NCBI GenBank assembly: GCA_051453625.1
Contig: JBOZIK010000001.1
Location: 8,246,940 to 8,292,735 of the forward strand
Origin: Welwitschia mirabilis
Lineage: Eukaryota
Direction: 5' to 3'
Length of the DNA: 45,796 nucleotides
Within the stretch, counting starts at the first letter, position 1; each line of letters opens with the position of its first letter. Below are positions 12,240 through 23,799 of this stretch, in pieces. The translations under genes and the position numbers were made by a program. The notes beneath the pieces were generated by a model. The model did not search any database. It saw only the letters and a list, made by a program, of their open reading frames with translations, and was not told the origin of the DNA.

Positions 12240-14892
12240 ATACCTCAGGAGAACTATTTGATGATAGCTCACTTGAGAAACATCACATCTAATGTTAGTG
12301 TTATTTAAAAATCTTAAGTAGGAATATATAAAATAACTATGTACATTGTGATTAAGTGGTTGGTTGCCCTACTAGCTAAGCAACCACACATACATATCCT
12401 CATCTAGAGGAGTTTGAATCACATGTAGTTCTATATTAAACTATGTTACCATCTTCATCAATACACGTAATCATAAGATAGATTAACATAATCCATATAT
12501 TAGTAGGAATATAGGTAAAAATATGCATGAAANNNNNNNNNNNNNNNNNNNNNNNNNNNNNNNNNNNNNNNNNNNNNNNNNNNNNNNNNNNNNNNNNNNN
12601 NNNNNNNNNNNNNNNNNNNNNNNNNNNNNNNNCCTACATATCCTCATCTAGAGGAGTTTGAATCACATGTAGTTCTATATTAGACTATGTTACCATCTTC
12701 ACCAATACACATAATCATAAGATAGATTAACATAATCCATATTAGTAGGAATATGGGTAAAAATATGCATGAAATAATGCAAGGATTATGTAAGCACTTA
12801 ATGTTTGACTCATTAAAACTATGTTTCCAAACTCAATCAAATAACATCAAGTGACATCACACACATATAAACATACATATGCATAATAGCTATATCGAAA
12901 GATATAGGAAGTAACTAATCAATAACTCTCAAGGTCACAACATCCATATCTAATAAGAAATTATAATGCATGAATGATGATAATACATATGTATTAACAT
13001 AAATCATATATGATTACTTGAGTATATACATAGTGAATTTTTGAAGTGATTACTTAATAATAATCACTCATTAACAACTTCATCAACCAAGCTTAAGAAA
13101 CCCCTCATATCTTCCCAATATCTTGGAAAGGAAAGTATCATAATAGAATGTCATTATAGTAAACTCATGTAGAAATATTATTAACACACATACACACCCC
13201 CCTCACCCACCTCCATTTTGGTAGGATACCACATATCTTTTCCTTTTATAATACAACAAATTCAATGTAATAATAAATAAATATATAGAATATCAAATCT
13301 AGTGTCTTGTATGCCACTGATTAAATTTATAGTATTAAAAAATTTAGCACAATAGAAGTAAAAGATAAAAATAGCTAATTAAATTTTTAATTATTTCAAT
13401 GAGCATCATAAAAGAATTCCTAATAATATATCTTTTTGTCTACAAGATAAAAATTAAGTTTTTTAAGGCATTTAATTCATATGCATGAATATATAAGAAA
13501 ATAAATTTCAAGATATATCCTCGAAATGCATTAACACATATTAGAAGTAATTGTAATCATTAAAGAATATGCTAAACCTGCATCATTATATAGACATGCT
13601 ATGCGTAACATAATTGCATTATTTTACAAAAACACACAACATTGTGACTAAGAAATCACATAAATATTTATTTTATGATGCTAACATAATAAAAATAATT
13701 CTATAAATTAAAATATTTATATGCTAATAAAATTATAAAAAGGAATTTAATCATATTATGTCCTATATAAATGTACATATTCATTTACCTCTAAGGGTCA
13801 TTACAAATTAGTGAATTTGTTTAATTGTCTAAGCCTTCTATTGGGTTCAAGTTAATTTTCAATTTATCATTATGATTTCTATTATTAATATCTCCTAAAA
13901 TCATTTTATTTGATTTATGTTTTTATTAATCAAAATTAAAATTGCCACCATAACCATTTATCCTAAGGGTGATCCTTTCACATTAAGAGACTAATATATA
14001 TATCAAAAGCTATTAATTATAATTATTATTTTCTATTTTAATACCTTAAACCATTTCATTACATATAATTATATTTTAATATGTATAACATATATTGTCA
14101 TGGCTCACATTGCACACTTTGCCATATGACTTGCATTAATTATCCTTACTAATTAAATTTTGCTACTACCTATTGGAAATATTGTTACAACATTATGTAA
14201 AGAGTATATAATGTGAATATGAGAATGATAACATATTATTAAAAAATATAGTAATACTATTGTATAATGACATGAGGAAAGAAAAGGCATTAGAGAAATT
14301 GTATCATCTGATTAAGTATGTTTTTAGTTAATAAGATCTAATCATCTATTTAACATTTTATATCTCACATAAAACTATGTTTGAGCATGGANNNNNNNNN
14401 NNNNNNNNNNNNNNNNNNNNNNNNNNNNNNNNNNNNNNNNNNNNNNNNNNNNNNNNNNNNNNNNNNNNNNNNNNNNNNNNNNNNNNNNNNNTATTGTATA
14501 ATGACATCGGAAAAAAAAAGGCATTAGAGAAATTGTATTATCTGATTAAGTATGTTTTTAATTAATGAGGTGTAATCATCTATTCCATATTTTATATCTC
14601 ACATAAAACTATGTTTGAGCATGGACGATCTATATAACAAATAGACTTGGAAACCCACTTTTTAAGTTTCATTATTATTTATAGCTAACTTTTATCTTGG
14701 ATTTGGATGATTTAACATCTTAAGTGTAACCAAAATTATTTGATTGAGTGGTCATAGTAGTTGTACTTAAAATAGAAGGTAAAATAACTAAAACATTGGG
14801 TTTGACACCCCTCTTATGATCTAATATATTTCAAGGTGATAAATAAATATGTCTTTCCTTTATAATATATATGTAATTCTATGCATATGAGT

Positions 14893-14985
14893 TAACATAA
14901 TATAATATAACATTATGCATATAATATAATATAATATAATATAATATAACATAACGTAACGTAACATAACATAACATAACATAAT
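14893..14985. repeat. Compound pentanucleotide microsatellite (ATAAT)n(ATAAC/GTAAC)n
   Basis: Directly visible tandem 5-mers with a stepwise change of unit. Confidence 0.9.
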
Positions 14986-16977
14986 ATTATGCATATGTGT
15001 TATGTAATGTAATACATATGTTTTCCATGTAATGTAAAAATATAATATTAATAGATCAAAAAATAATAATAAATAGTTGGATTACACTTATGCAACTTAT
15101 TATATATATTTATGATAATAATGTTGATCCCCTTTATTAAAATAATTGAATAGGTTCATTGTATATCAAAGTCCTCACTAAAATTATTCACTCTAAGACT
15201 TACTTATAAATCTTAAACAATATAATAGATTCATATTAAATTATCATAATGACCATATTAACACTATTATGATTTGGTAATACCTTTAGGCTTTATTTCT
15301 ATATTGTTATCTAATTAGAGTGGCTACAATACAAGTTTAATTAAGGATGCATTATAATACGGTATTAAGTAGTGTTGTTACCAATCAATATTAAAAGGAT
15401 TTTTACTTTAATATAAAAATAATTAAATTGAAAATATTAATATAATCTTAAAAGTTTGGGCTGATATCTTATTAGTTGTTTTAGTAAATGTTTTATATGT
15501 TAGGTCTTATATTATATGTTTCATGTATAAAATAAATATATAAGCTTTCATAAATAAATTTAATGATATTCCTTTGAGATCTAAACTATTGATGGGAATT
15601 TTAAGCATGAAATTAATATTGCTAAAAATTCCTAGATGCTTGAAATTACTAAGAGCAAATAATTAACACACTAAAAATTTATGGGAGGGAAAATAAACAC
15701 ATAAATAAATATCTAGATAACCAAAATACAAGATGTGTGACAAATACAACTCCTTTCCCTAGGAACTATTTATGGCCATTCAACCAATAAGGAAGGAATT
15801 TACATAACGATGTTTTCATTTATTCATTTATATTATTTTTCTATGTGTTAGCTTTATGAAACTCTATCACAGATCATAAGCATTTGTTATTTAAATTGGA
15901 TGCTAAATGTTTGCCTATGTTTCTAGTTTACTTAGATGATTAGTCTAAAGATTTTTCAAGTAAATGCATATGTTTGTGGAATGCATAACTTAAAATAAAA
16001 GGATGTCTATTCTAATATACGATATATTTTCATAACTAATCAATAACAAGAATTTTAGCACACAATCATCATAGTTATTTTATTTAGACAAAAGTAATGT
16101 AAATTCATTAAAAGGACACTCTAACGAATTGTATTGAATTTGATTTTTATATAGTAATTTCCCTTACAAAAATAGTTGATAAAATAAAAGATACACTAAA
16201 AATTAATAACCTAGAAATGACAACCAATTAAACAAAATCTATATGTAAAAATATTAATAGAAAGATAAAAAATTTGTTATTCCTTTAAGTTTCATGACAT
16301 GCTTAGATGATCTAACTTGGCATGACATCTCTAAACTTAAAATTGTTCTCTCTTGTTTCTCATTAAGTTTTTATTTAAAGGCTTATGGTTCTATGGTGAT
16401 TAAGAGAAACATAGATTTAAAAGACAATGGAACCAAAAGGTGGTCCACATTATGGTGAAAGGAATTATGCATGACATAATGTATGAATACCTCATTTTTA
16501 GATGTTCTTTAATGTAATAAATTATCTAAAATACCTCAATAGAGAGTACCTTATCTACTGTAGCAAACTCATTCCATATGTAGAACATTTAAGCAAAATG
16601 AATGTAGTCCATCCCTTGATGAATTAATCCTAATGAAACAATCTCAAAATATTCACAGAATTGTGATCATTATCTTTCATAAAATAATAGTTTCTCAATC
16701 TTATGATGCCCTCTACCTATGGATATGTCTCATCACAAAATGTGTAATTAAGATCAAAAATAGATTAGGGCAAATGCAGTTAATTCTTTACTTAAAACGA
16801 AGCTTATCTTTCACTTCAAATGCTAGCCTTGCATTTGTTAGAATGGCAGTGCTTGCAAGAAAGAAAAATGCTGCATTTACCACATCTTTCATCATGCTAT
16901 TTCTTAATAGAAAAATAATAATATTCTTTGTAAATGCATATGTACCTATACCTGCTACCATTTATTAAAGAGACAAA

Positions 16978-18664
16978 TAAATCTCGAGTAGATGAGACCT
17001 ATTCTTTATGAACATGTTCACTATGTAAATCCATCTCAAAATGATTTAACATTAAAATGATATGATCTCTCTCAACATGCAACGCATTTTTCCTCTATAG
17101 ATTTACAAGACAAAGCAGCAATAACATCAACTACAAAATAAAGAGTGGGATACACAAAGTTCATGGGAAAAGATGAATCCCTGCCATCGAGTACAACTAT
17201 TATCATCCTTTATTTTACTATTTCATTACATTTAGAGATGAGTGATACCCTAATTTACAAATAGTAATTACCATATTATTAGTGAGGCCATGATTTTCAT
17301 TTTTTTCTTTTCTATGAATGGAGTATAGGCTTCATAAATGTATTCCTTTAAGTTCTAGCTTACCACCCTCAAAAGATGCACTATTTTGTTCTTTGTGGTT
17401 ATTTAAGATATGGTGTGCAACTAGAACTAGCCCTGTAGCACTTATGGTGGCTTAGATTCACTTGTATAAATTCATTTATAATTACCTCATTACATACATT
17501 ACAAACATGACACACACCCCAATGCAGTATCATAGAAAGGTGTTACAAAGAGGCCATTAACTTAGGTAATTTACCTCTTTTATTTATAGGTAGTATGTTG
17601 GATTTTTTTATGGATTGTCATTTATCANNNNNNNNNNNNNNNNNNNNNNNNNNNNNNNNNNNNNNNNNNNNNNNNNNNNNNNNNNNNNNNNNNNNNNNNN
17701 NNNNNNNNNNNNNNNNNNNNNNNNNNNTTGATGAATCAATCCTAGTGAAACAACCTCAAAATATTCAAAACATTGTGATCATTATCTTTCATAAAATAAT
17801 AGTTTCTTGATCTTATGATGCCCTCTACCTATGGATATGTGTCATTACAAAATGTGTAATTAAGGTTAAAAATAGGTTAGGGTAAATGCAACTAATCCTT
17901 CACTTAAAACAAAGCTTATCTTTCACTTCAAATGCTAGCCTTGCATTTGTTAGAATGGCAGTACTTGCAAGAATGAAAAATGCTTCATTTACCACATCTT
18001 TCATCATGCTATTTCTTAATAGAAAAATAATAATATTCTTTGTAAATGTATATGTACCTATACCTACTACCATTTATTAAAGAGACAAATAAACCTTGAG
18101 TAGATGAAACCTATTCTTTCTGGACATGTTCACTATGTAAACCCATCTCAAAATGATTTAACATTAAAATGATATGATCTCTTTGAACATGTAATGAATT
18201 TTTCCTCTATAGATTTATAAGACAAAGAAGCAATAACATCAACCACAAAATAAAGAGTGGGCTACACAAAGTTCATGGGAAAAGATGAATCCTTGCCATC
18301 AAGTACAACTATTATCACCCTTTGTTTTACTATTTCATTACATATAAAGATGAGTGATACCCTAATGTACAAATAGTAATCATCATATTATTAGTGAGGC
18401 CATGATTTTCATTTTTTTCTTTTCTATGAATGGAGTATAGGATTTAGAAATGAATTCCTTTAAGTTCTAGCTTATCACCCTCGAAAGATGCACTATTTTA
18501 GTCTTTGTGGTTATTTAAGATATGGTATGCAACTAGAACTAGCCCTGTAGCACTTATGGTGGCTTAGATTCACTTGTATAAATTCATTTACAATAACCTC
18601 ATTACATACATTACAAACATGACACACACCCCAATGCAGTGTCATAGAAATTTGGGGTGTTACA
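16978..18664 (-). repeat. 5' LTR (or solo LTR) of family B, present twice across the 17628-17727 gap (copies end at 17547 and 18664); true left boundary undetermined
   Basis: Ends GAAATTTGGGGTGTTACA on the + strand and is colinear with 1-632. Confidence 0.75.
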
Positions 18665-21020
18665 AAGAGGCCATTAACTTAGGTAATTTATCTCTTTTAT
18701 TCATAGGTAGTATGTTGCATTTTTATATGGATTGTCATTTATCATCCCATTTACATTACCATTTCCTGATAAATGTTCCATCAATTAGCCTTTTTTTACT
18801 TGCATTATAGCTTAGTTTACATTATTGTGACATCTTTTCTTATCTTATCCTAATTAAGAACTATATTTTTTCCTCGTTTCTCTTTATTCTTTCTTTAATA
18901 TTTTTACCTAATAGAGATAACAAAACCTANNNNNNNNNNNNNNNNNNNNNNNNNNNNNNNNNNNNNNNNNNNNNNNNNNNNNNNNNNNNNNNNNNNNNNN
19001 NNNNNNNNNNNNNNNNNNNNNNNNNNNNNACATTCCATCAATTAACCTTTTTTTCCTTGCATTATAGCTTAGTTTACATTGTTGTGACATCTTTTATTCT
19101 CTTATCCTAATTAAGCACTATATTTTTTTCCTCTTTTCTCTTTCTTCTTTCTTTAATATTATTACCTAGTAGACATAACAAAACCTAGAACCAAATTTTA
19201 CTTATTTCTTTATTATCATTTTATATTCTAAGAAAATAAATCATATTATTATTATATATTTAACTATAATTACTTTTTAGGCTATTTTGATTTATAAGAG
19301 CTAGAGATATCATAAGTATGTGTTTTTTATTTCTTCCTAGTTTTTCATCACATAAAAGATATATTATGAATAGTTAACAAGATATAAACTTATTATAAAT
19401 ATACATGATTAAGTTTACCATAAAAATTAATATCTAGTAATTCTTTAGATGTAAAATGATTCTACTTTAGATTTTAAACTATATAAAGATGGTTGAGATT
19501 AACTATATAGGCTCCCACTTTGCCTCAATATACCTCCAATAAAGGTAAGAGGTGTTATATGAGATGAATGCATGCTTACCAATAACCTCCCTTTCTTGAA
19601 GCATTTCTAGATGATGCAACGTAATCCATTGATGTTAAGGGATTAAGATATTAAATTGGAGTAGATTTATATATGGGTAGGACAAAAGAGTGATGATCAA
19701 ATCCACTTCTAGAAGGGTATTATAAAAAAATGTAGTGAAATCCACACTGATGATGAAATCCAAATGCGATGATAGACATTATTAGAATTAACTTGATTTA
19801 ATATTGTAAGATGAATATACTAAAAAAATGCATGCATATGACTCTAACTAATGTGGATATATAATTTATTAGTCACTTGGTTATAATAATTCTAATAACC
19901 ATTAAGTTCATTTTAAAGAAATAACCATTAAAAAAAGATACATATAAGTGTTTGATCATGAATCTTAGAGGGGGTATGAATAGGTTTAAAAAAATTAAAA
20001 TAAATTTACAATATAAACTTATTTGAAGAGGAAATACTAAAATCTTTATACAAGGAAATTGAAAGCATTTTGAAGAATGAAAATAATAGAAGACATAGAA
20101 ATACTAATCAAATGCATGCAAGATTTATAGTGATTTGGGAAATCCCCCTACTCTACTCTCGATGATCAGTTTATAANNNNNNNNNNNNNNNNNNNNNNNN
20201 NNNNNNNNNNNNNNNNNNNNNNNNNNNNNNNNNNNNNNNNNNNNNNNNNNNNNNNNNNNNNNNNNNNNNNNNNNNNTTTCTTTATTATCATTTTATATTC
20301 TAAGAAAAATAAATCATTTTATTATTATATATTTAGCTATAATTACTTTTTAGGCTATTTTAATTTATAAGAACTAGAGATATCATAAGTATGTGTTCTT
20401 TATTTCTTCCTAGTTTTTTATCACATTAAAGATATATTATGAGTAGTTAAAGAGATATAAACTTATTATAAATATACATGATTAAGCTTACCACAAAATT
20501 TAATATCCAGTGATCCTTTAGATGTAAGATGATTCTAATTCAAGTTTTAAACTATATAAACATGGTTGAGTTCAACTATATAGGCTTTCACTTTGCCTCA
20601 ATATACCTTCAATAAAGGTAACAGGTGTTATATGAGGTGAATGCATTATCAAAAATGATCTCCCTTTCTTGAAGCATTTCTAAATGATGCAACATAATCC
20701 ATTGATGTTAAGGGCTTAAGATATTAAGTTGGAGTAGATTCATACATGGGTAGGATAAAAGAGTAATGATCAAATCCACTTTTAGAAGGGTATTATGAAA
20801 AAATGTAATGAAATCCACATTTATAATAAAATCCAAATGTGATGATAAACATTATTAGAATTAAATTGATTGAATCTTATAAGATGAATATACTACACAA
20901 ATGCATGCATATTATTCTAACTAATGTGGATATATAATTTATTAATTACCTAGTTATAATAATTCTAATCATCATTAAGTTCATTTTAAAGAAATAACCA
21001 TAAAAAAATACGCATATAAG

Positions 21021-23316
21021 TGTTGAATCATGAACTCTAGAGGGGGGATGAATAGGTTTAAAAAAATTTAAATAAATTCATAATATAAACTTATTTGAAG
21101 AGGAATCACTAAAACTTTACACAAGAAAATTAAAAGCATTTTGAAGAATGAAAATAATAGAAGACACAGAAATACTAGTCAAATGCATGCAAGATTTATA
21201 GTGGTTTGGGAAACCCCCCTACTCTACTCTTGATGATTAGTTTATAATCAAGCTTAATCCAGATCCTTATTAAACTCTTCTAGGTAGTGAAGGTTCACTT
21301 GTAACCTTTGCAAGAATTTTTTTTATGAAGGCTCAGTCTCAACCTTTTTGCAAGTGGATTTTTTTCTAAAGGCTTAGTCTCAACCTTTTGTAATAAATCA
21401 TGGTAGTAATGATAGAATACACAAGTACACTGGTATCACTCATTCTTTAGCTCAATAAGAATAATGAATAACTTCTTCTAAAGTTGATGTAATCCAAAAA
21501 CAATGAAATGCTATAGATTTAAAATTGTATGAGAAGGTACAAGAGTTGTTGATTCATCTTTGATTAGGAGTGTAATGTTAAAAAAGTACAATGATCAATC
21601 ACTAAGTTTCAATAGTTAAACAAAAGGTTTTATAGTGATTTTAATCTTGGCTATATATAATAAAAGGTTTTTAGGATTATTACAAGTGAAAATGTGCTCT
21701 TAATGATTATAAAATGGCTATATAATAGGTATAAAAGTTTCATTTTCATCTCAGCTGGTCGACCCCTCAAACATCTTTTCGACCTCTCCTAGTCTCATCA
21801 CGTAAATAAGTTACCTAAGTGAACTCTTCAATCACTCTACTTTCTTATGGTTCCACATCCGGTAGANNNNNNNNNNNNNNNNNNNNNNNNNNNNNNNNNN
21901 NNNNNNNNNNNNNNNNNNNNNNNNNNNNNNNNNNNNNNNNNNNNNNNNNNNNNNNNNNNNNNNNNNNNNNNNNNNNNNNNNNNNNNNNNNNNNNNNNNNN
22001 NNNNNNNNNNNNNNNNNNNNNNNNNNNNNNNNNNNNNNNNNNNNNNNNNNNNNNNNNNNNNNNNNNNNNNNNNNNNNNNNNNNNNNNNNNNNNNNNNNNN
22101 NNNNNNNNNNNNNNNNNNNNNNNNNNNNNNNNNNNNNNNNNNNNNNNNNNNNNNNNNNNNNNNNNNNNNNNNNNNNNNNNNNNNNNNNNNNNNNNNNNNN
22201 NNNNNNNNNNNNNNNNNNNNNNNNNNNNNNNNNNNNNNNNNNNNNNNNNNNNNNNNNNNNNNNNNNNNNNNNNNNNNNNNNNNNNNNNNNNNNNNNNNNN
22301 NNNNNNNNNNNNNNNNNNNNNNNNNNNNNNNNNNNNNNNNNNNNNNNNNNNNNNNNNNNNNNNNNNNNNNNNNNNNNNNNNNNNNNNNNNNNNNNNNNNN
22401 TTAACATTGTATGAGAAGATACAAGAGTTGTTGATTCATCTTTGTTTAGGAATTTAATGACAAAAAAGTACAATGATTAATCACTAAGATTCAATAGTTA
22501 AACAAAAGGTTTTTATAGTGATTTTACTCTTAGCTATATATATTAAAAGGTTTTTAGGGTTATTACAAGTGAAAATGTGCTTTCAATGATTATAAAATGG
22601 CTACATAATAGGTATAAAATTTTCATTTTCATCNNNNNNNNNNNNNNNNNNNNNNNNNNNNNNNNNNNNNNNNNNNNNNNNNNNNNNNNNNNNNNNNNNN
22701 NNNNNNNNNNNNNNNNNNNNNNNNNNNNNNNNNNNNNNNNNNNNNNNTCCTCAAGATCTGGTTGACCGCTCATCTAGTCATTAACATATCTATTCAGTCA
22801 CCCACTTGGTCTTAATAAAATCCATCATAATTTTTCTACTCCAAGTTTAATCCTTGGGAATCTAGTCGACTCCTTGCTAATTGGTGTTAAGTATTGATGC
22901 TTAATTCTTAAGTCTGTCCAATCCCTTAGGTGTCTAGTTGACCCCTTAATGATCCATTTAGGATATTAGGTGCATAGTGCTTAGGTTCGATCGACCCCTC
23001 ATTTATCTGGTCAGTCACTTGATGATTAGTTTAAGAGTACTGGTTCTTAGGTTCATAGGTCTAATCGAACCCTCAGATGTACAGTTAAATCCTTTAAATT
23101 CAGTTCATTTCTAAGAGTTTATTCTATGTATGATTGACTCCTTATAAGTCTAGTAGACTCCTCAAGAGGGTAATAAAGCTTAATAAGTTTCAGGAGTAAA
23201 ATGTGATAAACATTGCTTTAGCCTGCAAGTAATCAATATTTTCTGCATAAAATAAAACATATTTCAGTACACAAAAATATTAGTTTGACATCAACTAACA
23301 ATATAATATTTCAACA
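21021..23316 (-). repeat. 3' LTR of Sirevirus C (contains gaps; its inner end is duplicated at 24024-24440)
   Basis: TGTTGAA...TTCAACA termini form a perfect 7-bp inverted repeat. It is colinear with 29744-31782. Confidence 0.9.
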
Positions 23317-23745
23317 TTCTCCCCCTTTGACATTGATAGTAAACATTTTCTTGGTTGAGGAGATTTGACTTAGAAAAGCCCCCTCTCACAAAATGCCTAT
23401 TGATGTTTACAAAAATATTAAACCTTTGATATCAAGTTAGACATTTTGGTAAGACCTCAAATTCTATCAAAATTTAAAGATACTTTAAAATGCCAATTTA
23501 TATGATATATAACATTTTGATCATGAATTATTGAGTAACCATATAATATACCAGAAATTTTAGTTCATATTGAAATAGATGTGCACTAGAATAAGTGATA
23601 CACAAGTTATATAACATAGAAACAAGTGCAAATTCTATACTAAAAGATAATCATTATAATAAAGAAGTGATCATCAAGAGTAAAAACATTGAAAAGTATT
23701 AAATACAATTAAATAATTATTTCCCTTTTTACATTAATGACAAAG
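23317..23745 (-). promoter_or_regulatory. Sirevirus multi-PPT region
   Basis: TTCTCCCCCTTTGACATTGAT abuts the LTR at 23317. Further copies are AAAGCCCCCTCTC (~23375) and TTTCCCTTTTTACATTAATGACAAAG (~23720). Duplicates lie at 24441 and ~24673. Confidence 0.85.
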
Positions 23746-23799
23746 AAGAGAAATACACATAGGCATAAAAGAAAAATAACATAAGCATAGAGAGAAAAT

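Larger units (their letters stand above)
1..18664 (-). mobile_element. Element B: old Tekay-like LTR element hosting element A; no gag/pol recognisable
   Basis: Same-orientation LTR copies lie at both ends. A PPT sits inside the left copy, and unrelated flank (AAGAGGCC...) follows 18664. No PBS was found and the TSD cannot be tested because the left end is outside the window. The two LTRs could instead be independent insertions. Confidence 0.5.

Noticed and set aside
16633-16968. 111-aa ORF and its partial twin at 17886-18080
   Set aside because: It has no recognisable motif, lies in or next to LTR B, and the duplicate copy has in-frame stops. It is probably a chance ORF.
19949-20176. Apparent extra Sirevirus LTR or second insertion
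   Set aside because: It has the same flank and ATAAG junction as 21021. It is the duplicated haplotype copy, cut by the gap.
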